From an uncultured delta proteobacterium (GTDB taxonomy: Bacteria > Desulfobacterota > Binatia > UBA9968), in contig CAVSHR010000004.1 in assembly GCA_963727625.1 (NCBI GenBank), forward strand, positions 640,001 to 704,000: a DNA stretch of 64,000 bases, read 5' to 3'. The notes below the pieces were generated by a model. The model made no database searches, was not told the origin of the DNA, and saw nothing but the letters and a program-made list of their open reading frames with translations. A program made the position numbers and the translations under genes. The first letter of the stretch is position 1; each line of letters begins with the position of its first letter. Below, piece by piece: positions 49,442 through 58,062 of this stretch.

Positions 49442-49537
49442 ATTTAACGATTTGACCTGAGCGCAGCGATTGAACGGCTGGAACGATTGGAACGGTTCAA
49501 GACGTTCAAGTAGTTCAGGGCGTTCAAATCGTTAAAT
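49442..49537. repeat. 96 bp palindromic element with 14 bp terminal inverted repeats and internal 9 bp TTGAAC/GTTCAA units
   Basis: ATTTAACGATTTGA (49442-49455) / TCAAATCGTTAAAT (49524-49537); internal TTGAACGGC TGGAACGAT TGGAACG then GTTCAAGAC GTTCAAGTA GTTCAGGGC GTTCAAATC. Confidence 0.75.
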
Positions 49538-49550
49538 GAAAGGATTAAAA

Positions 49551-50704
49551 ATGAAATTCAGTTCGGAGCGAATTTTAACCACCCATGCCGGTGCGTTGCC
49601 CCAACCGCCGGATCTCAAAGAGATGCACAATGCCCAGGTCGCTGGCAATCGATCGACAACGCCGCGTTTGCTATGCGCGTGCGCCGAGCGGTTGCCGAAA
49701 TCGTCAAAAAACAGCTCAGCTGTGGCCTCGACATCATCAACGATGGCGAAGTCGGCAAATCGAATTTCTCGCGCTACGTGCGCGAGCGGTTGAGCGGTTT
49801 TGTCGAACGGGAAGTGCGCGCGGAAGATCATGCGTCGACAATCTACGCAGCGGGACTTGGTCGAATTTTCCGATTATTTCCAGGCGCGCGCGTACGCACC
49901 GCGGCGATAACATCAAGAAGAGTGTTCTGCAACGCGCCGCTCAAATACATCGGCCACCGCTCGCTCAAAGCCGAAATCGAAGACTTCAAAGCCGGCTTGC
50001 AAGGGCAAAAATACCAAGAAGCGTTTCTTCCCGCCATCGCGCCCGGCACCATCGAGCACTGGATGAAAAACGATTATTACCCGAGTGACGAAGCTTACTT
50101 AGTCGCCGTCGCCGACGCCATGCATGAAGAATACAAGGCGATCGTCGATGCCGGTTTTTTACTGCAAATCGACGACCCCGATTTGCCCGACGGCTGGCAA
50201 TTCATGTCGAAGCTTAGCGTGCCGGAATACCGCAAATACGCTGAGTTGCGTGTCGACGCTCTCAATCACGGCCTGCGCGATATCCCGCCCGACCGCGTGC
50301 GCTTTCACACCTGCTGGGGTAGTTACCACGGCCCGCACAAGTACGATATCCCGCTGCGCAACATCATCGAATTGATTCTTAAAGTGAAGGCCAACACCAT
50401 TTCAATCGAGGCGGCCAATCCGCGCCACGAGCATGAATGGCGTGTGTGGGAAGAAATCAAACTCCCCGCCGGCAAAGTGCTCGTACCGGGAGTCATCGGC
50501 CACGCCACCGACATCGTCGAGCACCCGCAGACGATCGCCGACCGCTTGGTGCGCTACGCCAAGGTCGTCGGCCGCGAGAACCTCATGGCTGGAACCGACT
50601 GCGGTCTCGGCCCGAGAGTCGGCAGCGCGCAGATTTGCTGGGCGAAGTTCGAAGCGATGGCCGAAGGCGCGCGCCTGGCGACCCAAGAGCTGTGGAGGAA
50701 ATAG
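49551..50704 (+). CDS. Cobalamin-independent methionine synthase II family protein (single-barrel MetE-like), frameshift near 49650-49670
   Basis: 'RILTTHAGALP' in the first frame; 'GLDIINDGE', 'LQIDDP', 'HTCWG', 'IEAANPRHEHEW', 'GTDCG' in the second. Confidence 0.88.
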
Positions 50705-50873
50705 GTCTGCGGTGCCATGCGCTAGGCGAGCTGATTTCTTCGGTTGCGAATGTTCGCCCGTGGATACGACCGTAAACCGCGGGCGAACACTGCCGCTTTT
50801 CGGGCTATTTACCCGGCGTGAATTGACAATCACGCGTCCTAGAGAATATGTTTCGAAGAGGAGTTAGCTCAAC

Positions 50874-51791
50874 ATGATCATCGATTGTCACGCCCATTTG
50901 GTGCCGCAAAGTTGGTATCACCCGAAATCGCCGAAATCGATCTTCGACTTGCCCGGCTTGTTCGAAGAACAGGATAAGGCCGGCGTCGATATCACGGTGT
51001 TCGGCAACAACTGGATTCGTTCGCCGGATGGCTATGATCCGTTGAGAGTCGTCCAGGAGTTCAACGCGCACGCGGCCGAGCTCACCGCCAAGCATCCGAA
51101 GCGCTTGCTCGGTCTGGCCTGTTCGGTGCCCTACGACAACGACAGGATTCTCAAGGAAACCGAAAAGGCGATTCGCGAATACAAGCTCAAGGGCGTCATG
51201 ATCGGTTCGAGCACCAATGGCGAATATCTGGACTCGCCTCGCGCGACGCCGTTTTTTGAATTGGTCAGCGACCTCGACGTGCCGCTGTTCGTCCATCCGC
51301 CCAAATTCACCATTGGCCATGACAAGATGGAAATCTTCCGCTTGCCGGAAATGCTCGGCCGGCCGTTCGACACGACGCTGGCGCTGACACGGTTCATTTT
51401 TACCGGCGGCTTCGAGCGCTTTCCCAAGGTGAAAATGGTCTGCGCTCACGTCGGCGGCGCACTGGCGATGCTGGCGGGCCGATACGGTTTCGGCTACGAA
51501 TTGAGAAAGGACGATAGTTTCGGACCATGGGAGCCCGACGTCATGACCCGTCCGCCGGCGAGCTACATGAAGCAGCTCTACTTCGACACCGTCTGCTATC
51601 ATCCCCCGGCAATCCAATGCGCCATCGACACTATCGGCGTCGACCAGGTCGTCTTCGGCAGCGACTCGCCGCCGGTGCCGATTCCACTCGTACGCGCGGT
51701 GGATACCGTGAAGCAATTAAAGATCTCCGATCAAGACAAGGCAAAGATTTTCGGCGCCAACGCGGCGAGGCTACTGGGACTGTCCGGCTAA
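50874..51791 (+). CDS. Amidohydrolase_2 family protein (ACMSD/decarboxylase-like)
   Basis: 'IIDCHAH', 'LFVHP', 'AHVGGAL', 'LYFDT', 'FGSDSP', 'GANAARL'. Confidence 0.92.
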   Translation: MIIDCHAHLVPQSWYHPKSPKSIFDLPGLFEEQDKAGVDITVFGNNWIRSPDGYDPLRVVQEFNAHAAELTAKHPKRLLGLACSVPYDNDRILKETEKAIREYKLKGVMIGSSTNGEYLDSPRATPFFELVSDLDVPLFVHPPKFTIGHDKMEIFRLPEMLGRPFDTTLALTRFIFTGGFERFPKVKMVCAHVGGALAMLAGRYGFGYELRKDDSFGPWEPDVMTRPPASYMKQLYFDTVCYHPPAIQCAIDTIGVDQVVFGSDSPPVPIPLVRAVDTVKQLKISDQDKAKIFGANAARLLGLSG

Positions 51792-51855
51792 CGCCGGCGC
51801 GTGCAACCCATCGACTTTCCGCGGCATCTACCCAGAACGAAAGGAAACACTGTGC

Positions 51856-52347
51856 ATGGCTAAACAGCTCAAACCCGGCGACGCTTTTCCCAACTATACT
51901 GTACCGATCACGGACGGACGGACGATGACTTTCCCCGCCGATCTCAGTGGCGAATACGCGGTGATTATTTTCTACCGCGGCATCTGGTGACCCTACTGCG
52001 TTCGGCAGGTTGCCGATTTCCAAGCGCACATCGATGAATTCAAAAATGAGAACGCCGACGTGATCGCTCTATCCGTCGATCCGTTGGACAAGGCCAAGGA
52101 GATGGTCGAGCGCACCGGTGCGACTTTTCCCATCGGGTACGGGCTAAAAGTACCGGAAGATGCCGACAAGGTCGGCGCCTACTGGGAAGAGCGCCGCGGC
52201 ATCTTTCACGCAACCAACTTCACGATCGACTCCAACGGCAAGGTGCTGCAGGCTTGTTTCGCCACCGGTCCAATCGGACGCATCACCGCAGCCGACGCGC
52301 TGAGCTCGATCCGCGGAACTAAGAGAAGAAAAGCCCAAGGCGGGTAG
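51856..52347 (+). CDS. Selenocysteine-containing peroxiredoxin-like (AhpC/TSA, UxxC) protein, 163 aa
   Basis: ATG 51856 is in frame with the 52060-52347 ORF through a single TGA (51988-51990): MAKQLKPGDAFP...VIIFYRGIW-U-PYCVRQVADF...VIALSVD; SECIS-like hairpin follows. Confidence 0.9.
52002..52016 (+). promoter_or_regulatory. Bacterial SECIS element
   Basis: TCGGCA-GGT-TGCCGA stem-loop starting after an 11 nt spacer from the UGA; GCAGGU apex resembles the E. coli fdhF SECIS. Confidence 0.8.
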
Positions 52348-52358
52348 TCGGAAACGAT

Positions 52359-53405
52359 TTACAATCCGTGCCCGGCGACTTCAGCAATTATCCCAAGCGC
52401 CACTTCGATGTCACCCCGCTTTATATCGAGGTGGGTGACCATTCGTACGCGCCGCGCGTCAACAGCTCCGCCGAGAACCTTCCGCTCGGCGAGCTGCTTC
52501 AGAAACGCCTGAGCGCTCCGCTCGGTTGCGCTGACGTCGAAGATCACGATGTTGGTTTGGACTTTTTCCGGCGCGATTCTGATCCCCGGAATTTCCGCCA
52601 ATCCCCGGGCCAACCGTTGCGCATTGTCGTGATCGATGTGCAGCCGCTTGGGCCCCTCTTCCAAAGCGACCCGTGCCGCGGCGGCCAGAACCCCAACCTG
52701 GCGCATGCCTCCGCCGAGCATTTTTCGAATCGCCCGGCAGCATTCGATCAATTCCTTCGACCCGACCACCATCGAGCCCACCGGTGCGCCGAGCCCTTTG
52801 CTGAAGCAGAACTGCACCGAGTCGAATTTTTGGGTCATCTCCGCGACACGTTCGTTTAAATACACCGCGGCATTGAAGACCCGAGCACCGTCGAGGTGAA
52901 CTTTCAGAGCCGCTTCGTGCGCTTTGTCGCAGATCTGGTGCGCTAGGTGGGTCGGGTAGACGGTGCCGCCCGCCATGTTGTGGGAGTTTTCCAGAGCCAC
53001 CAGAGCGGTCTGCGGCCTAGAGTAGGATTTCTCGCGGATAGCTGGCGCGATCTGCTGCCACGACAGGATACCGTCTTCGCCGGCAACGACCCGCGGCAAT
53101 ACTCCGCCCAGCGCCGACATGGAAGCCATCTCGTAGTTGTAAATATGGCCAGCCGATTCACAGATGACTTCCTGTCCCCGCGCGGCCTGCGCCATGATGC
53201 AGGTAAGGTTGCCCATGCTGCCCGATGGCACGAACAATCCGGCTTCGCGGCCGAAGATCTCCGCCGCGCGATCCTGCAACCGATTCACCGTCGGATCTTC
53301 GAGGTAAACATCGTCGCCGACCTCGGCCTGCGCCATTGCCCTTCGCATCGCCGGCGACGGCTTGGTCACGGTATCGCTACGAAGATCGATGATTTTATCG
53401 CTCAT
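52359..53405 (-). CDS. ltaE: Low-specificity L-threonine aldolase
   Basis: 'IDLRSDTVTKPS', 'VGDDVYLEDPTV', 'HLDGARVFNA', 'CFSKGLGAPVGS', 'GGGMRQVG'. Confidence 0.95.
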   Translation of the reverse strand: MSDKIIDLRSDTVTKPSPAMRRAMAQAEVGDDVYLEDPTVNRLQDRAAEIFGREAGLFVPSGSMGNLTCIMAQAARGQEVICESAGHIYNYEMASMSALGGVLPRVVAGEDGILSWQQIAPAIREKSYSRPQTALVALENSHNMAGGTVYPTHLAHQICDKAHEAALKVHLDGARVFNAAVYLNERVAEMTQKFDSVQFCFSKGLGAPVGSMVVGSKELIECCRAIRKMLGGGMRQVGVLAAAARVALEEGPKRLHIDHDNAQRLARGLAEIPGIRIAPEKVQTNIVIFDVSATERSAQAFLKQLAERKVLGGAVDARRVRMVTHLDIKRGDIEVALGIIAEVAGHGL

Positions 53406-53478
53406 GCTTCTTCGTTAATGGCCAGGCTGTTTTTGGCAACGCCCTTCAACCACCGCTCCGCTTCATTGTAAGTTGTAA

Positions 53479-53511
53479 AAAAGCGGATTTCTCGCTGCGC
53501 TCGCAATGACA
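53479..53511. repeat. Half copy of the 'GGATT(T/C)...CGCTC..AATGACA' palindromic element
   Basis: AAAAGCGGATTTCTCGCTGCGCTCGCAATGACA resembles the right arm at 57975-58010. Confidence 0.55.
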
Positions 53512-53550
53512 CTCCATATCAATCACATTTAGCTCTCGGCCATTCCGTCC

Positions 53551-53580
53551 TTGAACGTTTGAACCTTGAACCCTTTAACG
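53551..53580. repeat. TTGAAC short tandem array (one arm)
   Basis: TTGAACGT TTGAACC TTGAACCC TTTAACG. Confidence 0.6.
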
Positions 53581-53581
53581 A

Positions 53582-54334
53582 TTATTCCAAACGCCCTTCT
53601 ATCTCCTGAATCGTCTCCGCGCTGAGCGACGGCCGCACAAACGCATTGTAGATACAGTCGTTTTGCAGCCACATGATGTCGGCGCGCTGCTCCACCGCCT
53701 CGCGCATTTCCTGTTGTAGCTTCGCTTCCATGCAATGTCGCTTGATCACGTCGATGACCATATTGCCGTGGCCTTCATCGTGGTACTCGTGAGCGCGGAA
53801 AAAGTCCAAACAGGTCGTCGGGATCCACGGATAGTATTTCTCCAGCGCCTCCCGCTCTTCCTTCATGCGCTTGGGGCCGCCCCCCTCGAAAACCAAGCCG
53901 GTGCCGATCGCCACCGCCCAGTGGCTCTGTTGCACCAGAGACACGTACATCTCCAACGCGGCGCGAATTCCGGGCAACGGCTCGTAGGTGAGAATATCGT
54001 CTCGGCCGATACCGATGCCTACGGCAAACTCCACCCAGAGATCGCGGTGGCTCGGATATTTTCCGCCGAAAAGATCCTCGCCCTCTTCCTCCACCATGTT
54101 TTCCAGGAGCATGCGGCGCAGCTCCGGAATCGGACACTTTTGATACCGAATACCAAAGAAGCGATGAATATTGCGAAACTCATGGAACTGGTTTCTCGCC
54201 CAGCCTTGGAGTTGATCCTTGGTCAGCCGACCGCTCAGCAACAGTTGGCGCACCCGATGGGGCCTCGGGCGGCGATGCTGTAAGGTATGCTGCAAATCCG
54301 CGATGAGCTCTTCCGGCCCGAGCAAACCGACCAT
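53582..54334 (-). CDS. Heme-oxygenase-like diiron protein (PqqC/CADD-like)
   Basis: 'GRLTKDQLQGWARNQ', 'ENMVEEEG...SH', 'VFE', 'FFRAHEYHDEGH' (H-x3-D-x2-H); GGAGG RBS. Confidence 0.85.
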   Translation of the reverse strand: MVGLLGPEELIADLQHTLQHRRPRPHRVRQLLLSGRLTKDQLQGWARNQFHEFRNIHRFFGIRYQKCPIPELRRMLLENMVEEEGEDLFGGKYPSHRDLWVEFAVGIGIGRDDILTYEPLPGIRAALEMYVSLVQQSHWAVAIGTGLVFEGGGPKRMKEEREALEKYYPWIPTTCLDFFRAHEYHDEGHGNMVIDVIKRHCMEAKLQQEMREAVEQRADIMWLQNDCIYNAFVRPSLSAETIQEIEGRLE

Positions 54335-54460
54335 AAGTCCTCCCACGTCAATGCGCCCGACGGCGCCCGATTTTTCTGCCCGCATGATAGCCAAGTTCTC
54401 CTCGCCGCGCCAGCTTGGTTTCATCTTGTTTTTTTAAAGCGCCTCAACTAGCATGGCTGG

Positions 54461-55219
54461 GTGGTGTCCGTCTCATTACGCAGACTCACGAAGAAGTTCG
54501 GCTCGGTGACCGCCGTCGACAACGCCAACCTGGACGTCAACGCCGGTGCGTTTCTCGTCATCGTCGGCGAGAGCGGCTGCGGCAAAACGACCATCCTCCG
54601 TTTGATCGCCGGTCTGGAAACACTCGATAACGGGACAATATTCATCAACGGCGAGCGGGTCAACGACGTGCCGGTGGGCCAGCGCGGCGTGCAGATGATT
54701 TTTCAAAATTTCGCGCTCTGGCCGCATATGAAAGTTTTCGATGAGCAGCGCTACTCCAATCTGACTTTGCCGCTGCGCGTGAGAAAATGGTCGAAGGACA
54801 GAATCGCTGAGTTTCTCCGCCCTCTCGCCTGGAAAATCGGCATTGAGGAAAGTTTTTTCAAACGCAAACCGACCGAGCTTTCGGGCGGCCAGCAGCAGCG
54901 CGTCGCGCTCGGCCGCGCTATGGTCACCTCACCGCGCGTCATGTTGATGGACGAGCCGCTCAGCAACATCGATCCGCCCAATCGTCTAAAAATGCGCCAG
55001 GAGATCAAGGCCTTTCACAAAGAAAACCGTTTAACCACGCTTTACGTCACGCACAATCTCGCCGACGGGATCGCCCTGGCCGACCGCATTGCCGTGATGC
55101 ATGAAGGCCGATTCGAGCAGGTCGATACGGCGGAAAACTTGATGCGCCACCCGGCCAACGAGTATGTCGCGGATTTCTTCAAAGCCGATCAATTCAGCTT
55201 CAAGCTCGCCGCCCCTTAA
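54461..55219 (+). CDS. Stand-alone ABC ATPase (MalK/PotA-like, short, no C-terminal TOBE region)
   Basis: GESGCGKT, FQNFALWPH, LSGGQQQRVALGRA, MDEPLSN; start uncertain. Confidence 0.88.
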   Translation: MVSVSLRRLTKKFGSVTAVDNANLDVNAGAFLVIVGESGCGKTTILRLIAGLETLDNGTIFINGERVNDVPVGQRGVQMIFQNFALWPHMKVFDEQRYSNLTLPLRVRKWSKDRIAEFLRPLAWKIGIEESFFKRKPTELSGGQQQRVALGRAMVTSPRVMLMDEPLSNIDPPNRLKMRQEIKAFHKENRLTTLYVTHNLADGIALADRIAVMHEGRFEQVDTAENLMRHPANEYVADFFKADQFSFKLAAP

Positions 55220-55228
55220 GAGACGGAC

Positions 55229-56014
55229 ATGCAGCGCGGGCTAATTTTATGGATCATCTTGCTGACTTTCGGGACCGCCGCGCCGGCCCATTCCGCCTGT
55301 CGCGAGCTCGATGTCGCGCGCGCCTGGTCTCGCCCGGCCTACGCCGCCGACATCGATGCGACCATCGAATTCTTCGGCCATAATTTCTTTCAGATCACTT
55401 CGAGCAAAGGCACGAAAATCATCACCGACCCGGTGGCGCCAGGTTTCTACCCGACGCCCGAAGTGACGCCGGACGCCATTACCGTCGGCAGGGAACACCC
55501 CAATCATAACTTCGTGGAAATCGCGAAAAACAAGCCGGTGATTTTGCGCGGCCTAAGCAACTATGGCGCGGCATGGAACAAGATCAGCACCACGGTGGGC
55601 GATGTGTTGATCTACAGCGTGCCGGTCTATCAGCAGCAGTTCGGCAATGCGCTCAAAGGCGCGGCCTTCGTCTTCGACCTGGGAACCTTGTGCATCGCCC
55701 ATCTGGGCGACCTGAGCCACAAACTGACCGAAGCACAGATCAAAGCGTTTGGCAAGGTGGATATCGCCATGATTCCCATCGGCGGCAGCTTCACCATGCC
55801 CCCCGATACGGCGCGGGAAGTTTTAAACCAGCTGAAACCCAAGATCGCCATTCCGATGCATTACCGGGAGAGCACCTATTTACTGGATATGTTTGTGAAG
55901 GGGTATCCGCACAAATATCTCGACACATACAAGATGACCTTCAGCAAGCCCGCCTTGCCACCGACGACGCAGATCGTCGTGTTCACGCCCTGGGGCATGA
56001 GAGACTACCGATAA
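55229..56014 (+). CDS. MBL-fold metallo-hydrolase (Lactamase_B_3-like) with signal peptide
   Basis: 'FFGHNFFQI', 'IITDP', 'AHLGDL', 'IPIGG', 'IPMHY'; motif II reads 'GREHPNH'. Confidence 0.82.
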   Translation: MQRGLILWIILLTFGTAAPAHSACRELDVARAWSRPAYAADIDATIEFFGHNFFQITSSKGTKIITDPVAPGFYPTPEVTPDAITVGREHPNHNFVEIAKNKPVILRGLSNYGAAWNKISTTVGDVLIYSVPVYQQQFGNALKGAAFVFDLGTLCIAHLGDLSHKLTEAQIKAFGKVDIAMIPIGGSFTMPPDTAREVLNQLKPKIAIPMHYRESTYLLDMFVKGYPHKYLDTYKMTFSKPALPPTTQIVVFTPWGMRDYR

Positions 56015-56085
56015 GGATGTTGGGGCACTGGAGTTTTGTTCCAATCGATCAGCGATTCCGAAACATTCTCCTTGCGCGCTTCACG

Positions 56086-57075
56086 CTAAATCTTAAAGGC
56101 TTCGATCGTTTCGCGAGCGAACAGCTCATCGAGATTGAGTCGTTGCTTGATCAATCCCTGCTCGAAGAGATAGCCATGAAGGGTTTCTAAATTTTTTCGA
56201 TTGGGCTCGACGCCGTAGGGCCAGTAGTCGGCAGTCATCAAATCGCGCGTGTCTTCGTATTCTGCCGAGGTCCAGGGCAAGCTCACGCGCAGAATATTGG
56301 TATCGTAGAGCTCGCGCATGCAAATCTCTTTCGCCTCGCAAAAAGCTTTGTAAAGCGTCTGAGCCACCCAGGGCTCTTTTTCGTAGATCGACCGTTTGAT
56401 CACAATCACATGCATGATCGGAAACAGCCCGGTCTTATTGAAATACTCCATTTCCGCCTGGCGATATTTCGGAAAAAGGCGTTTCACCTTCGGAGAGCCC
56501 TGAAGAAAGCAGGTGGGCATGCGCGGCGACATCATGGCGGCGATCTCACCGCTCTCGATCATGGCGTTGAGCGTCGTGTCGGGGCGGCTTTCGAGGGTCA
56601 CGCCGGCAGGCATTTCGAAATCGACCCGGTCCTTGCGCCCCGGATGTTCCTCACCCGCCTGCACCCAGTGAATCTCGCTCGGCGGCACGCCGTACTCATG
56701 CTCGAACATGCCGCGCAGCCACACCGCCGCAGTCATGGAATATTCCGGCACGCCCATGCGCTTGCCACGCACATCTTGAATCGACTTGATGCTCGAATCC
56801 GTATTCACAAAAATACAGCGATGGCGAAAAGTTCGCGATGGAAAGACCGGGATGGCGACAAAAGGGCGCCGACCGCGCGACGCCGCCGTAAGGAAGGCGC
56901 CCATCGACAGTTCCGAGACGTCGAACTCCTCGTACTTCATCATGCGCCAGAAGATTTCTTCCACCGACATGACCAGGTAGTTGAGATCGATGCCCTCCGG
57001 CTTGACGATGCCCTCTTTGAGCGGCCGGGTGCGGTCGTAGTCCTCGCACGCCAGGGTCAATTGTAGATTTTTCAT
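56086..57075 (-). CDS. 4,5-dihydroxyphthalate decarboxylase-like protein (periplasmic-binding-protein II fold)
   Basis: 'LTLACEDYDRTRPL', 'EEIFWRM...FDVSELS', 'IPVFPSRTFRH', 'GVPEYSMTAAVW', 'FPIMH', 'WPYGVEPNR'. Confidence 0.85.
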   Translation of the reverse strand: MKNLQLTLACEDYDRTRPLKEGIVKPEGIDLNYLVMSVEEIFWRMMKYEEFDVSELSMGAFLTAASRGRRPFVAIPVFPSRTFRHRCIFVNTDSSIKSIQDVRGKRMGVPEYSMTAAVWLRGMFEHEYGVPPSEIHWVQAGEEHPGRKDRVDFEMPAGVTLESRPDTTLNAMIESGEIAAMMSPRMPTCFLQGSPKVKRLFPKYRQAEMEYFNKTGLFPIMHVIVIKRSIYEKEPWVAQTLYKAFCEAKEICMRELYDTNILRVSLPWTSAEYEDTRDLMTADYWPYGVEPNRKNLETLHGYLFEQGLIKQRLNLDELFARETIEAFKI

Positions 57076-57740
57076 TTGCGGCTCTTCTTTGCCGCGCTTT
57101 TCTTTACTCGCGCGCTCGCCACGAGCTTGACGAATTTGTGAATCTCTTTAATAAAACTTTTCTTGCCCCTTTTCGCCAATAAATTTTCCAAGTAGGCACT
57201 GCCGAGGCAAATGCCCGTAACGCCGACGGCAACGTAGTCGGCGACGTTTTTCAAGCTCACCCCGCCCGAGACCATGAAGCGCGCGTCAGGAAACGGCCCT
57301 TGCATCTGCCGGATGAAGTACGGCCCACCGGCGAGATCGGCAGGAAAAATTTTGATCAGGTCGGCGTGGGCGCGCTGCGCCGCGATGATATCAGTCGGCG
57401 TCGCCGCCCCGGGAAAGCAGGCGATGTTGGCCGTGTGACAGAGGCCGATCAGATTCAGCTCCAGCGAGGGTGAAACCACAAACTCGGCGCCCGCGCCGAT
57501 TGCGCGCTCGGCCTGCTGCGGCGCCAGTACTGTACCGGCACCAACGTGGATATTCTTCCGCGCCGCTAATTCCTTGATGACATCGAGGGCCCCCGGCACG
57601 CTGAAGGTGATCTCGATGAACTTAATGCCACCCTCGGCCGACGCGTGCGCCAAAGCCAGCGCGTCATCCGCGCTCTTGGAGCGTATAACGGCAACCAAGC
57701 GGTGCTGGTACAGTTCGTTAGTTAGCTTGATTCGATCCAA
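57072..57740 (-). CDS. KDPG/KHG aldolase family protein
   Basis: 'VAVIR', 'IEITF', 'VGAGTVL', 'GAEFVVSP', 'PGAATPT', 'KIFPA'; 4 nt overlap with the next gene. Confidence 0.88.
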   Translation of the reverse strand: MDRIKLTNELYQHRLVAVIRSKSADDALALAHASAEGGIKFIEITFSVPGALDVIKELAARKNIHVGAGTVLAPQQAERAIGAGAEFVVSPSLELNLIGLCHTANIACFPGAATPTDIIAAQRAHADLIKIFPADLAGGPYFIRQMQGPFPDARFMVSGGVSLKNVADYVAVGVTGICLGSAYLENLLAKRGKKSFIKEIHKFVKLVASARVKKSAAKKSRK

Positions 57741-57890
57741 TGAAAGATTAAACTCCCTTCTTTCCTATGGAGATAAAAGCATCCGTTCCTGCGCCAGCTT
57801 TTTCGCCCTCTTAGGTGAGGAATTTGATCGGCAGTCCCGATTCCCCTTCTCTTGCAAGAGACACTTGTGCAATTCCAGATTTCACCTGAG

Positions 57891-58010
57891 TGCCATCCTG
57901 AGCGCCAGCGAAGGATCTGCTTTTGTCCAAGCCGTGTTGACTACTCCTTTCCACGCTTGGACCGAAGCAACAAGCAAAAGCGGATTCTTCGGCTACGCCT
58001 CAGAAGGACA
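57891..58010. repeat. 120 bp long imperfect hairpin (REP/RPE-like palindromic element)
   Basis: Left arm TGCCATCCTGAGCGCCAGCGAAGGATCTGCTTTTG versus revcomp of right arm TGTCCTTCTGAGGCGTAGCCGAAGAATCCGCTTTTG; inner stem GTCCAAGC(C)GTG / CACGCTTGGAC. Confidence 0.75.
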
Positions 58011-58062
58011 TTCCCCAACAGTTCCCGGCAACGAAGAAACAGGGCGAAAGCTCTATAAACGA

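Noticed and set aside
49442-49537. GTTCAA/TTGAAC arrays as a CRISPR array
   Set aside because: Units are 7-9 bp with no 25-45 bp unique spacers, and no cas genes are in the window.
53582-54334. Calling the gene pqqC
   Set aside because: It lacks PqqC hallmark residues such as the NRYYYQ and DHDG motifs and there is no pqq operon context.
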